Assembly: GCA_018812355.1 (NCBI GenBank) | Contig: JAHJDQ010000122.1 | Coordinates: 1 to 34,317, forward strand | DNA from: Nanobdellota archaeon | GTDB lineage: Archaea; Nanobdellota; Nanobdellia; Woesearchaeales; GW2011-AR9 | DNA: 34,317 bases | Reading direction: 5' to 3' | Shown here: one piece after another, positions 1 through 10,383 of the stretch | Numbering within the stretch: the stretch's first letter is position 1 | Layout of the letters: every line of letters begins with the position of its first letter | Notes under the pieces: generated by a model | Database searches by the model: none | What the model was told of the DNA's origin: nothing | What the model saw: only the letters and a program-made list of their open reading frames with translations | Made by a program: the position numbers and the translations under genes

Positions 1-25
1 CTAAATAAAAAATAAATTAAAGTAT

Positions 26-940
26 TCATTCTTTCTCAGCTAAATATTTCTCAGCTTCAATCGCCGCCATACAACCAGAACCAGCAGCAGTAATTGCTTG
101 CCTAAATTTAAAATCCTGTACATCACCCGCTGCAAATACTCCCTCAACACTAGTATGCATAAAACGATTAGCTTCAAGATAACCTTTATTTAATTTCAAC
201 ATCCCTTCAGCAAATTTTGTATTAGGAACATGACCAATCGCTAAAAATACCCCTTCACATTTAAAATCAGTTATCTTTCCCGTCTTCGTATCTTTCAATT
301 TAACTCCAGTAATAAATTTATCATCTCCTAAATATTCAACCACTTCGTTATTCCAAACAATCTTAATCATTTTATTTTTACGCACTTTATCTTGCATAAT
401 TTTAGAAGCTCTAAATACATCTCTTCGAACAACTAGAGTAACTTTACTGGCAAATTTAGTCATGAACAAGGCTTCTTCTATTGCCACATCACCTCCTCCA
501 ACAATAATCACTTCTTTACCTTTGTAAAAAGCACCGTCACAAGTGGCACAAGTACTCACTCCTCGCCCTTTATACTTTGCCTCAGAAGGAATCCCTAACC
601 ATCTTGCCGAAGCACCAGTAGCGATAATCAAAGTTTTAGTTTGAATTCTTTTCTTCCCTAAGTCTAATTCAAAACCATCCTTAATCTCTTTAAAACCGTT
701 CATAATACCATACTCAAATCTGGCTCCGAATCTTTCGGCTTGTTTTTTACACTTCTCCACTAAGTCAGGACCAGTAATCCCCTCAGGAAAACCTGGAAAA
801 TTATCCACTTCTGTGGTATACATCAACTGACCGCCTTCTTCCGGACCTGAAAGAACTAAAGGTTTTAATTCTGCCCGAGAAGCATAAATTGCCGCTGTAC
901 AACCAGCAATACCTGAACCTAAAATCACTATTTTTTCCAT
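26..940 (-). CDS. trxB: Thioredoxin-disulfide reductase
   Basis: N-terminal GSGIAG FAD motif, redox CATCDG motif, GGGDVAIEEA NADPH motif, C-terminal GVFAAGDV..FRQAITAAGSG. Confidence 0.97.
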   Translation of the reverse strand: MEKIVILGSGIAGCTAAIYASRAELKPLVLSGPEEGGQLMYTTEVDNFPGFPEGITGPDLVEKCKKQAERFGARFEYGIMNGFKEIKDGFELDLGKKRIQTKTLIIATGASARWLGIPSEAKYKGRGVSTCATCDGAFYKGKEVIIVGGGDVAIEEALFMTKFASKVTLVVRRDVFRASKIMQDKVRKNKMIKIVWNNEVVEYLGDDKFITGVKLKDTKTGKITDFKCEGVFLAIGHVPNTKFAEGMLKLNKGYLEANRFMHTSVEGVFAAGDVQDFKFRQAITAAGSGCMAAIEAEKYLAEKE

Positions 941-958
941 TTCATCATTCCTCTTAAA

Positions 959-2347
959 TTAGCTTTCAAAAAATGTTTTATAAGCTAAATAAGCACTGTA
1001 AACATCAACTTTACTAGTTAGTTCATTCGGAGAATGCATTCCCAAGACGCAAGGACCAACATCAATACAATCAAGACCATACTTAGCCACAAATTGAGCA
1101 ATCGTTCCTCCTCCGCCAATATCAATCTTGCCTAATTCTCCTGTTTGCCAGACCACTTTTTTCTGATCTAATAAGCTAATTAACCAACTCATATACTCGC
1201 TACTTGCATCTGTCGTTCCGTACTTACCGCCGCCGCCACCATATTTTTCTACACTTACCCCATGGCCAAGTAAAGAAACATTGGTAGCATCATGAGCTTC
1301 TGGAAAATTTGGATCATGAGCTGCCGTGACATCAGCACTAATTGATTTAGAATTTTCAAAAAGCTTGTGCACAGCACCTTTATGATTACATGATTTTACC
1401 AAGTCAAGTAGAAAGTTTTCTAAAATTCGGCTATCCGCTCCAGTATTGCCCATACTACCAATCTCTTCTTTATCAACAAACATTCCAATTACCGTTCTTT
1501 TTGCATTAGAATCAAGCAGAGCTCTCAGAGTAGTAAAAGTGCAAACCCGATCATCTTGACCATAAGCAGAAATCATTGACTTATCAAAACCAATCTCGCT
1601 GGGTTTATTAGCAGGGACAAATTCCACATCAGCACTAATAAAATCTTTTTCGATAACCCCATACTTTTTGTTTAAAATCTCCAGAATATTCAGTTTCACT
1701 TTTTCTTTGATTTCTTCGCTTCTTACCGGAATATTCCCGACGACAATCCCTAACTGTTCTCCCTCAACAATCTTCGTTCCTTTCTTCTCTAACTGTTCTT
1801 TAGCTAAATGAGGTAATAAATCAGGAATAATAAACCTAGGTTCATTATCATTTTCTCCTAAAGAAAATTCAACTTTGCCTTTTTTTGTATGCGCAACTAC
1901 ATACATTGCTAAAGGCATATTCACCCAATGATATTTCTTAATTCCACCATAATAATGACTTTTCAACAGACACAACCCTTCTTTTTCTACAAAAGGTTGA
2001 GGTTTAAGATCCAGTCTTGGAGAATCAATATGCGCCCCTACTAATCTAAAATTTTCTAAAGAACTTCCAATTTTGGCACAAAACACACTTTTCTCTTTAA
2101 AAATTTTGTAGACTTTATCCCCCTTTTTACAATTGTTTACTTTAGCCAAATCTTTAAATCCTTTCTTTGTTAACTCTTTGACTATTAATTTAACCGCTTC
2201 TCTCTCTGTTTTAACTCTCGTTAAAAAATCAATATAACCAGTGCAGAAACGAAAAACAAGGTCTTTATTTAGCCCGTCCCAGGCTGACTTCTTTTCATAA
2301 GCCAAATCTAATTGTAATTTTTTTAATTTGGAATCATTGGTTTTCAT
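959..2347 (-). CDS. M18 family aminopeptidase (aminopeptidase I / aspartyl aminopeptidase type)
   Basis: Metal-ligand motifs AHIDSP, YYGG..KYHW, GQDDR, DKEEIGS, ISADV, MHSP; GAGGTG RBS upstream. Confidence 0.93.
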   Translation of the reverse strand: MKTNDSKLKKLQLDLAYEKKSAWDGLNKDLVFRFCTGYIDFLTRVKTEREAVKLIVKELTKKGFKDLAKVNNCKKGDKVYKIFKEKSVFCAKIGSSLENFRLVGAHIDSPRLDLKPQPFVEKEGLCLLKSHYYGGIKKYHWVNMPLAMYVVAHTKKGKVEFSLGENDNEPRFIIPDLLPHLAKEQLEKKGTKIVEGEQLGIVVGNIPVRSEEIKEKVKLNILEILNKKYGVIEKDFISADVEFVPANKPSEIGFDKSMISAYGQDDRVCTFTTLRALLDSNAKRTVIGMFVDKEEIGSMGNTGADSRILENFLLDLVKSCNHKGAVHKLFENSKSISADVTAAHDPNFPEAHDATNVSLLGHGVSVEKYGGGGGKYGTTDASSEYMSWLISLLDQKKVVWQTGELGKIDIGGGGTIAQFVAKYGLDCIDVGPCVLGMHSPNELTSKVDVYSAYLAYKTFFES

Positions 2348-2402
2348 ATTAACACCTCACTTCCTATAATTAATAATAAACTTATAAACTTTTAGTTAAT
2401 TA

Positions 2403-3089
2403 TCATGAATAACGTTCAAACTTTACTTTTTCTGGCGCCACTCCCTCTTCTAACAATAAATCTTTAACACTAACCACTAACTCTTTAATTCCACAAATGT
2501 AAAAAGTTTTCTCCTTAAGGTTCTTTGGCAAGTGTTTCTGCACTCTTCCTGTCTTTCCATCCCATTCTTCTCTGGTTAAAGTAGGCAAGTAAATAAAATT
2601 TGAATACTTTTTCTCCAACTCTTGTAATTCTTTATGTAAAATTAAATCTTCTTTTTTCTTCACGCTAAATAAAAGCACAAACTTTTTTTCTGAAAACTTT
2701 TCAACATTATTCGCAACTATATTATAAAGTGGAGCTAACCCACAACCACACCCAATAAACCAATGTTCTGGACTTAAGTCAGGAGCAAATGTAAAATGGC
2801 CCAAAGGCCCTTTAACATTAAATTCTTGGCCAATTTTCATTTTTTCAAAAACACTTCCCGCAAATCCTCCCAAAATAATCTTAATCAGAAAAACCACCCC
2901 TTTATTTTCTTTATCATAATCAAAAATCGAATAAGAACGGGGCTTTCTTTCTCCCTCTTTTTCAATCATGAACGTTAGAAATTGTCCCGGCTGAAATTCT
3001 ACTTCTGTTGAGGAGGAGAAAGTATACTTAAAAACATCATGAGTTAACTTCTCTTGCTTAATCAACTTAATTTGGAACGATTGCACCAT
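2403..3089 (-). CDS. Ferredoxin-NAD(P)+ reductase-like FAD/NAD(P)-binding oxidoreductase
   Basis: FQPGQF, RSYS flavin motif, GPLGHF, GCGLAP, YICG and C-terminal FERY typical of the FNR superfamily. Confidence 0.9.
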   Translation of the reverse strand: MVQSFQIKLIKQEKLTHDVFKYTFSSSTEVEFQPGQFLTFMIEKEGERKPRSYSIFDYDKENKGVVFLIKIILGGFAGSVFEKMKIGQEFNVKGPLGHFTFAPDLSPEHWFIGCGCGLAPLYNIVANNVEKFSEKKFVLLFSVKKKEDLILHKELQELEKKYSNFIYLPTLTREEWDGKTGRVQKHLPKNLKEKTFYICGIKELVVSVKDLLLEEGVAPEKVKFERYS

Positions 3090-3146
3090 TATTTTTTTAT
3101 TTTTTATATTATATATAAAGCTTATGAGAATTAAACCTTTAACAAA

Positions 3147-3464
3147 CTACTTCTTCCATGATTTCAGAAATTCTTTTACTCTTTTTTCTCCTCGCGGAGC
3201 AGCTTTCTCTCCTAAAGTGTAATAAATCTTCTCAACAACACTCCCCCAAGAGAAGTTTCCTTGTTCTTGTTCAATCTTGTGCATTTTAATCTCTTTTGTC
3301 TCTTTTCCCTTACGTAGATGATAATAAACACTCCTTTGCGTTACCGTCGGAAAGATTTCATTATAAATTTTAGCAATCTGATATCCATATCCCTGACCGA
3401 GATAATAAAGAATTTCAACAACATTCTGTCTAATCACACTTTTAGTTGGCCGCCCTTTTTTCAT
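3147..3464 (-). CDS. Hypothetical basic protein with probable winged helix-turn-helix (PadR-like)
   Basis: GYGYQIAKIY...SVYYHL...KIYYTL pattern resembles PadR/wHTH; fills the gap between neighbouring genes. Confidence 0.65.
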   Translation of the reverse strand: MKKGRPTKSVIRQNVVEILYYLGQGYGYQIAKIYNEIFPTVTQRSVYYHLRKGKETKEIKMHKIEQEQGNFSWGSVVEKIYYTLGEKAAPRGEKRVKEFLKSWKK

Positions 3465-3559
3465 GATTATTTGAAATCTCCTGCATTTATATTTATTTCT
3501 CTTCTAGTTGAGCAAACTTTATATATTTCAAAAACACTGAACGATTTGGTGGTGCAAAA

Positions 3560-3790
3560 ATGAAAGCTTTTGTTCAAATTTCTTTAAAAGAGGGCAATGA
3601 ACGACGTTTAGTCAGAGAACTACAGAGTTACAGCCAAATTAGAAATACTTATCTCCTTTTTGGAGAATGGGACATTATGGCCGAGATTGAAATGTCCTCA
3701 GCTGAAGAGCTTGCTACTTTTGTTCTGGAAAAAATAAGATCAAGGCCGGATGTAAGATTAACCAGCAGTTTAATCGTTGCTGGCCAATAG
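3560..3790 (+). CDS. Stand-alone Lrp/AsnC ligand-binding (RAM) domain protein
   Basis: AFVQI...LFGEWDIMAEI...IRS...V..TSSLI is the RAM domain signature; no HTH; GGTGGTG RBS upstream. Confidence 0.88.
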   Translation: MKAFVQISLKEGNERRLVRELQSYSQIRNTYLLFGEWDIMAEIEMSSAEELATFVLEKIRSRPDVRLTSSLIVAGQ

Positions 3791-3821
3791 ATTTATTAAC
3801 TTCTTTTTCTTTTTTCTGATT

Positions 3822-4142
3822 ATGTCTAAACCTTTACTTTCCAAACAAAAACAGAAACAAATTGCTCAAGAAAGAATCAAGATTCTCTTTGATCAAGCAG
3901 AACAAGCTTTCCAAAAAAATAAAGCTCTCGCTAACCGTTACGTTACTTTAGCTAGAAAGTTGGCGATGAAAGTTAAATTAAGTATGCCGCGAGAATTTAA
4001 AAGAAAATATTGTAAACATTGTTATAAATACCTTAAACCTGGAATAAATGCCAGAATAAGAACCAGAGACAGCAAAGTAATCATCTCTTGCTTTGAATGC
4101 AAAAAATTTACTAGAATTCCGGTAACCAAAAAGAAAAATTAA
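3822..4142 (+). CDS. rnp4: Ribonuclease P protein component 4 (Rpp21)
   Basis: IAQERIKILF, A.RYV.LARK, and CKHC...CFEC zinc ribbon. Start moved to ATG 3822 (MSKPLL); the upstream extension is T-tract-derived and overlaps the previous gene. Confidence 0.93.
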   Translation: MSKPLLSKQKQKQIAQERIKILFDQAEQAFQKNKALANRYVTLARKLAMKVKLSMPREFKRKYCKHCYKYLKPGINARIRTRDSKVIISCFECKKFTRIPVTKKKN

Positions 4143-6442
4143 CTCCCTTTCTCCGTCAACTCTTCCCTTTCCGCATCTAACATTAATTTCTTCTCAACTC
4201 TAGCTACAACATGCCGAATTTCCTGAATTGCATCGATATTAGCCGAAATACTATCAACCCCTTGATGTACTAAAAATTTGGCCATTTCTGGATCTGAACC
4301 AGCCTGTCCGCAAATACTACTCTTTACTCCATACTTCTGACAAACTTTAATTACTTTAGCGATCTCACCCAAAACAGCCGGATGCAGTTCATCAAAATGT
4401 TTAGCAATCATACTATTGTTTCGATCTAATCCTAAAGTTAACTGTGTTAGATCATTCGTTCCAAAACTAACAAAATCTATCCCCTCTTGACATAACTCTT
4501 CCATAATCCAGCAAGCCGCCGGAGTCTCGACCATAATTCCGAAATCAACATCTTGCGATGGTTCCAAACCAACAGAACGCATTATTTCTTTCGCTTTCTT
4601 AACTTCGTTTACATTAATAATAAAAGGCAACATCACCCCAACATTATCTAGACCTTCATCATGTAATTCTTTGATTGCCTGAAACTCCGCTTTCAATATC
4701 CTAGGTTCATCAAGTAAACGACGAATCGCATGCCAACCAATCATCGGATCGGTTTCTTTTGGCTATTTATCACCCCCTTGTAACCCACGATACTCATCAG
4801 TCCTTAAATCAGAACATCTGACCCATACTGGTTTGTGCTGAAACGCTTTAGCAATCTTACCAATTCCCTCTTTTAACAGATTAACATAATCCTGATCTTT
4901 ATCCTGGCGAATATATTCTGCCGGATGCACTCCTCCCTTAGCAATAATGATTTCTAACCTCACCAACCCAATGCCATCAGCATGCGTTGTTGCTGCCCTC
5001 TCAGCAGCTTCTGGTAAATCTAAAATTAGTTTTATTTCTGTAGCTGTAATTATTTCCTCTCCAGAAACCACAGTCTTAACCAGTTCTTCTTTAATTTTTA
5101 TTTTTCCTTCGTAAACAATACCCTTAGTTGCATGCACTGTAATTATTTGTCCATCCTGCAAAACCTCAGTGGCATGTTCCGTCCCCACAACACAAGGAAT
5201 CCCCATCTCTCGCGAAACAATCGCCGCATGACAAGTCATTCCACCTTCATTAGTAACAATTGCCCCCGCTTTCTGCATTGCCGGCACCCAATCAGGAGTA
5301 GTCATCTTCGCAACTAAAATATCACCTTTTCCAACTTTACTTAACTCAGCCGGACTGTTAACCACTTTTACCGGTCCAGCATAAACTCCTCGCGAAGCTG
5401 TTTCACCTTTTAACAAAATTTTCCCTGCTCCCTCTACATCAAGAGAACGCTCCTCTTTTTTTTCTTTAAATGTGGTTACCGCACGAGATTGTACAATATA
5501 AATTTCATTTTTTTCAATTGCCCATTCAATATCCTGTGGTAAGTTATAATGCTCTTCAATTTTTTTGCCTAACCGGGCCAATTCTTTAATCTGAGAATCT
5601 GGCACAATCTGTCTTGTTTGTAACTCTTCAGGAATTTTTCGGTTCTCATTCTCTCCTTCTTCATTCCGATACATCCCAATCTCCTGTTTCTTCACTTCAA
5701 TTTTTTTAATCGTTTTAGTTTCCTTATCCACTAAATAAAAATCGGGACTCACTGTTCCTGAAACAATCATCTCCCCTAATCCATAAACTGCTTCAATGAC
5801 AATTTCATTTTCAACATTAGTCGATGGATTAACTGTAAACATCACTCCAGAAGTTTCTGAATTAACCATTTTCTGCACAATCGCCGAGATCAACACTTTA
5901 TCCTGGGCAAACTTGTTTTTTTCCCGATAATAAATAGCTCTTGCCGTAAATAAACTTGCCCAACACGCTCTTACTGCCGCAACCACATTATCTTTTCCTT
6001 TAATGTTTAAATAAGTAGCTTGCTGTCCAGCAAAAGAAGCATCTGGTAAATCTTCCGCCGTTGCCGAACTTCTTACTGCTACAAAAACATCCTCAACTTC
6101 TAATAAATCATGCGCATCTTTTCCTGCTCCTAACAATTCATAATTATCTTTGATCTCTTCAATAATCTCTTCCGGGATTTCTGTAGCAATAATCAACTCT
6201 TGAATTTTCCTGGCGACTGCTTGTAAATTTTCCGTTTCTTCAATCTTTAATCCTATTAACAATTCCTGAATCTTATTTTTTATTCCTGTTTTTTCAATAA
6301 AATATCCATAACCTTGCGCCGTAACTGCAAATCCTGGTGGAACCGGCAGGCCAAGATTAAACATAATCCCTAAATTCTTGCCCTTACCTCCTACTGAACC
6401 AATATCTTTCTCAGAAATATCTTTAAACCATTTAACATACAT
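4139..6442 (-). pseudogene. ppsA: Phosphoenolpyruvate synthase, full length but interrupted by one in-frame TAG at 4763-4765 (nonsense allele, read-through or sequence error)
   Basis: VGGKG..LG, AVRSSATAEDLP.ASFAGQ, phospho-His GGMTCHAAIVSRE, then SFGTNDLTQ and SICGQA in the downstream ORF. The two ORFs are in frame: ...GGDK*PKETDPMIGW... Confidence 0.9.
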
Positions 6443-6496
6443 TTGTACACCTCTTATAATACCACTTAGAAAATTAGGGATTATTTAAAGATTGTC

Positions 6497-6796
6497 TTAA
6501 ATGAATGATAAATCAATCAATTTTTTCAATTTTTCTTCTAAAATATCCAATAAACCATTGACTTCTTCATTCCGTTTATCTTTCGCACTTCTAATATTTC
6601 TCTCAACAAGTTTTTTTTCAGCAGTTATATCAATAATACAATTCTTACTTTTTCTTCTTTTAATAGCTGCTATTGTTGCTTCTAAACCAGGTAAAAAAGC
6701 ATTAATCCTCAACCCAAACATATTGTCTTCATTCTTTTCTTTAATGCTTTCAACCAATAATTGTATCTCAGCTTTAAGATCTTTAAGTTCAGTCAT
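6497..6796 (-). CDS. Hypothetical helical protein
   Basis: 99-aa ORF co-oriented with and overlapping the TRAM gene stop; Lys/Glu-rich composition like the real genes here. Confidence 0.55.
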   Translation of the reverse strand: MTELKDLKAEIQLLVESIKEKNEDNMFGLRINAFLPGLEATIAAIKRRKSKNCIIDITAEKKLVERNIRSAKDKRNEEVNGLLDILEEKLKKLIDLSFI

Positions 6797-7121
6797 CTTC
6801 TTCTAACTCTTCCCCAAAATCATCTGTATCGTCATAAGATTCATCAATCTCGGGTTCTTTTTCTGCTTCCATTTCTTCAGCAGAAACAGTAGCAAATTTT
6901 TTTTCCCTTACCGGCTTTTCCAGTTTTTCAACCACTTCAGCAAAACCAACTTTCTCGAGAACTTTAGTGATTCTGATCTTCACATAATCTCCTTTTTTAA
7001 CATGAGGTACAAACAAAACAAAACCTCTAACTCGCGCAATACCGTCGCCTTTTTCACCAACAGCATCAATATTTACTTCATGTGTCTCTCCTGCTTTAAC
7101 AGGAGCACTATTTTCATTCAT
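6789..7121 (-). CDS. TRAM-domain RNA-binding protein with acidic tail
   Basis: APVKAGE...V.I.AVGEKGDGIARV.GFVLFVP...GD.VKIRITKV...GFAEVV single TRAM signature; GGAGGT RBS. Confidence 0.93.
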   Translation of the reverse strand: MNENSAPVKAGETHEVNIDAVGEKGDGIARVRGFVLFVPHVKKGDYVKIRITKVLEKVGFAEVVEKLEKPVREKKFATVSAEEMEAEKEPEIDESYDDTDDFGEELEEDD

Positions 7122-7251
7122 TTAAACGTACCTCCAAATATGTTCATTACTAGATTAGAATTAGACATTTGTAATTTTTTTCTGATTATTCATAACTTTA
7201 ATTTAAAGAATAGGCTTATTTTATTTAAAGGTTATGTAAAATCATCAAAAA

Positions 7252-8028
7252 TCAACCTCTAACTAAATAATTCTCTTCAAATGTTTTTCTTCTTTCTTTA
7301 AAGAAAATTCCAAAAGGGATTTTACCTGCCTGAGCATAATCCCATTTTCTAGCTTCCTCTACCGCTTTGACAAAAAGCATTGGTTTAATTTGATAAGAAT
7401 TTTCCCTAACAAAAGTAGAACAATCATGATAAACTTTACAGGGCTGAATAATCTCAACAAATGAAAAACCGGAATGTTTGATTGCTTCACCGATAACAAA
7501 AATTAATTGTTTTGGATCTAACGCTGATACTCTAGATACAAAACTAGCTCCTGCTTCTAGCGCTAAGACCACGGGATTAAGTGCTTTTTCTTGCACACCA
7601 AAAGGATGGGTTCTTTCCACAAAACCTTTCTCTGTGGTTGCCGTCGCTTGTCCTGTTGTTAATGAAAAAACTTGATTATTATGCACTAATAAAGTCATGT
7701 TAATGTTAGACCTACAAGCATGGATAAAATGACTTAAGCCTTCACTAAACGCGCCGCCATCCCCACTAAAACAGAGAACTTGAAGTTTAGGATTTCCAAC
7801 TTTAACCCCAAAAGCAGTTGGGATTGCTCTCCCATGCAAACCATAAAATCCGGAAATATCTAAATAATCATAAATCTTACTATTACAACCAATGTCTGTT
7901 ACCATCGCAAAATCTTCTTTTTTATAATTAGACTTAGTTAAGTTTTCTAATACTTTCTTCACTGCTGCCTCAATCATAAAATTGGGACAACCTGGACACC
8001 AAGTATTTTCATTCTTTGTTTCAAACAT
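7252..8028 (-). CDS. 2-oxoacid:ferredoxin oxidoreductase beta subunit
   Basis: NTWCPGC, DIGC, LHGRA.P.A.G.K, TPP-binding GDG...NN motif, TTGQ, IIQPC. Confidence 0.95.
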   Translation of the reverse strand: MFETKNENTWCPGCPNFMIEAAVKKVLENLTKSNYKKEDFAMVTDIGCNSKIYDYLDISGFYGLHGRAIPTAFGVKVGNPKLQVLCFSGDGGAFSEGLSHFIHACRSNINMTLLVHNNQVFSLTTGQATATTEKGFVERTHPFGVQEKALNPVVLALEAGASFVSRVSALDPKQLIFVIGEAIKHSGFSFVEIIQPCKVYHDCSTFVRENSYQIKPMLFVKAVEEARKWDYAQAGKIPFGIFFKERRKTFEENYLVRG

Positions 8029-9592
8029 TCTTAAGCCTCTTCACAATTTCTGCTGGAGTAAATGGCCGACCATCATACTTTAAAATTAAATTTTTATTTT
8101 TTATCTGATAAACTAAATTAGTCGTAATTAATCTTGCTAATTGTCCAGAACTATTATTCTCTAAACAATACACTGTATCTGCTTTCTTAAAATAATTGCT
8201 AACTTCTATTGGAAACGGCTCAAGACATTTTAAATGTAAATAACTAAACCCTTTTAAATCCTTTAAAGCGTCTAAGATCGCCCCTTTAGTAGAGCCAAAG
8301 CTGACGATTAATTTTTTCCCTTTCCCATAAACTTGGTAAGTAGTAAGTTTCTTTACTTCTCTTACCAATTCATCTCTTTTTTTATTTCTTTTATCTACAT
8401 TTTGCTTTATCTGAACAGCATCTTCAGTCGTATTCCAGAACTGATCATGCTCATAACCACTCCTCTTAAAGATTCCTCTCCCGGCAAATTCTTTTCTTAG
8501 TGGAATTTTTAAATTTACTTTATCCAACTGAGTAGTATAAGCTGATTCAGCCAGATGTTTATCAGTTAATATAATTACCACTATTCCAAATTTTTCCGCT
8601 AAGTAAAACGCTTCCCTTGTTTGTTGATACACTTCAGCAGAATCTCCTGGAGAAAAAACTACCCGCGAAAAATCACCATGTCCAGCATAAAGAGCAATAT
8701 TAAGATCAGACTGGGCAGTATAAGTTGGAACTCCCGTTCCCGGACCAGTTCTTTGCGCTAAATGAATCACTAAAGGCAATTCCGTTATTCCTTGTAAACT
8801 AATTCCCTCCGACATTAAATCAAATCCCCCACTAGAGGTTCCCGTCATTACTCGTCTGCCAGAAAAACTAGCCCCTAACGCTGCATTGATCACGGCAATT
8901 TCATTTTCTAATGAAATCACTATCAATTTATTGTTCTTCATCTTTTGTTCTTGAGCTAATAACGTTAACACAGTAGTAGAAGGCGTCATTGGATAACCAA
9001 AATACATTTCAAGTCCTGCATCGATCGCTCCCCTCATAATTGCCTCTGAACCAGATAACAACATTTTCTTACCAGAAATCTGAGGAAGTTTAACCTGTAA
9101 ATTATAATCAAGAGAATAAAAATAATCAAAGGCTTCTTGATCTAAAGCATACAAACTTTTCTGACCAAACCTCTCTTTAAGTTCTAACTGAATCTCTTTT
9201 TTATCTAACCCAAGAACCTTACTTAAAAAGCCGACAAAGGCAATATTTTCTACTCTCTTAAACTTAGTAGTATCTAGAAACACACTTTTTTTTAAGCCTT
9301 TAAGTTTATCGGTAGCTGTAATTATTAACCCTTTTTTCTTTAATTGACTTTTATGCTGCTGATAAGTAGTTTCGTCTAAAGCAATCAAGAAATCTATCTC
9401 TTCATCATAGCTAGCTATTTCTTGATCAGAAAAACAGATCACATCAAAATTATGTCCTCCCCTAATTAAACTTTGATAATCCCGGTAATGAAAAACAAAA
9501 AAACCTTTCTTAACTAAAACTGCTGCCAAAATTTGACTAATCTGATTAATTCCTTGTCCCGCTTTCCCACCAATTAAAATGTTTAACCGCAT
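8021..9592 (-). CDS. 2-oxoacid:ferredoxin oxidoreductase alpha subunit (fused gamma-alpha)
   Basis: IGGKAGQG, YQSLIRGGHN, GYPMTP, ENEIA, TSSGGF.LM.E, QR.GPGTG.PT, KYDGRPF. Confidence 0.95.
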   Translation of the reverse strand: MRLNILIGGKAGQGINQISQILAAVLVKKGFFVFHYRDYQSLIRGGHNFDVICFSDQEIASYDEEIDFLIALDETTYQQHKSQLKKKGLIITATDKLKGLKKSVFLDTTKFKRVENIAFVGFLSKVLGLDKKEIQLELKERFGQKSLYALDQEAFDYFYSLDYNLQVKLPQISGKKMLLSGSEAIMRGAIDAGLEMYFGYPMTPSTTVLTLLAQEQKMKNNKLIVISLENEIAVINAALGASFSGRRVMTGTSSGGFDLMSEGISLQGITELPLVIHLAQRTGPGTGVPTYTAQSDLNIALYAGHGDFSRVVFSPGDSAEVYQQTREAFYLAEKFGIVVIILTDKHLAESAYTTQLDKVNLKIPLRKEFAGRGIFKRSGYEHDQFWNTTEDAVQIKQNVDKRNKKRDELVREVKKLTTYQVYGKGKKLIVSFGSTKGAILDALKDLKGFSYLHLKCLEPFPIEVSNYFKKADTVYCLENNSSGQLARLITTNLVYQIKNKNLILKYDGRPFTPAEIVKRLKNV

Positions 9593-9593
9593 C

Positions 9594-10334
9594 TTAACGT
9601 GCTAACCATCCCCCATCAACCACTAAAGTATGGCCAGTAACAAAATCAGAATCTGAAGAGGCAAGATAAACAACAGCCCGAGCAATATCTTTCGGCTCAC
9701 CTACTCTACCAATAGGAGTTTGCGCCAGTAAAGTCTTTCTCTGTTTGGGATCTTTTAACATTCCCGCCGTCATTGGTGTCCTAATTATTCCGGGAGCAAT
9801 CGCATTAACATTAATTCCTAACGGAGATAATTCTAAAGCTAATTCTTTTGTCATCGCAATTATGCCTCCTTTAGAAGCACAATAATCAGCAATGTTATCA
9901 AAACCAACAAATCCAGCAATTGAAGCAAGACTAATAATCTTACCTTTCTTTCTTTTAATCATATGTTCAGCAACTGCTTTGATACAAAGAAATACTCCTT
10001 TAAGATTAATGTCCAGAGTAAAATCCCAATCTGCTTCAGTTTTCTTTAAGATCGGACCAAAACGAACCACTCCCGCATTGTTAACAAGAATATCAATTTT
10101 TTTAAATTTTTTCAAAGTTTCTTTAACTAAATTATCAACTTCATCTTTTTTAGAAACGTCACATTGTATTGCTAAAGTTTTTGTTTTAAGTTTATGACAA
10201 GCTTTCTGACATTCTTTTAAATTTGGACTACAAATAACTACATTTGCTCCTTCCTTCGCCAACTCTTGAGCGATTCCAAACCCGATTCCTCTCTCTCCAC
10301 CAGTAACAATGGCCACTTTATTTTTAAGTTTCAT
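9594..10334 (-). CDS. Short-chain dehydrogenase/reductase (FabG-like)
   Basis: TGGERGIG, NNAG, YCASK catalytic motif, VNAIAPG, VDGG. Start set at ATG 10334 because the GAGGTG RBS overlaps the longer start. Confidence 0.93.
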   Translation of the reverse strand: MKLKNKVAIVTGGERGIGFGIAQELAKEGANVVICSPNLKECQKACHKLKTKTLAIQCDVSKKDEVDNLVKETLKKFKKIDILVNNAGVVRFGPILKKTEADWDFTLDINLKGVFLCIKAVAEHMIKRKKGKIISLASIAGFVGFDNIADYCASKGGIIAMTKELALELSPLGINVNAIAPGIIRTPMTAGMLKDPKQRKTLLAQTPIGRVGEPKDIARAVVYLASSDSDFVTGHTLVVDGGWLAR

Positions 10335-10383
10335 TATAATCACCTCTTTTTATAATTAATAATCTTATGATAATCATCAATTA

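Noticed and set aside
4139-4744. Independent 201-aa gene
   Set aside because: It is the in-frame C-terminal part of ppsA, starts inside the conserved PM.GW motif and has no RBS.
4763-4765. Genome-wide TAG reassignment
   Set aside because: TAG serves as a normal stop at conserved C-termini (e.g. RNase J, Lrp/RAM protein) and no other gene in the window is interrupted.
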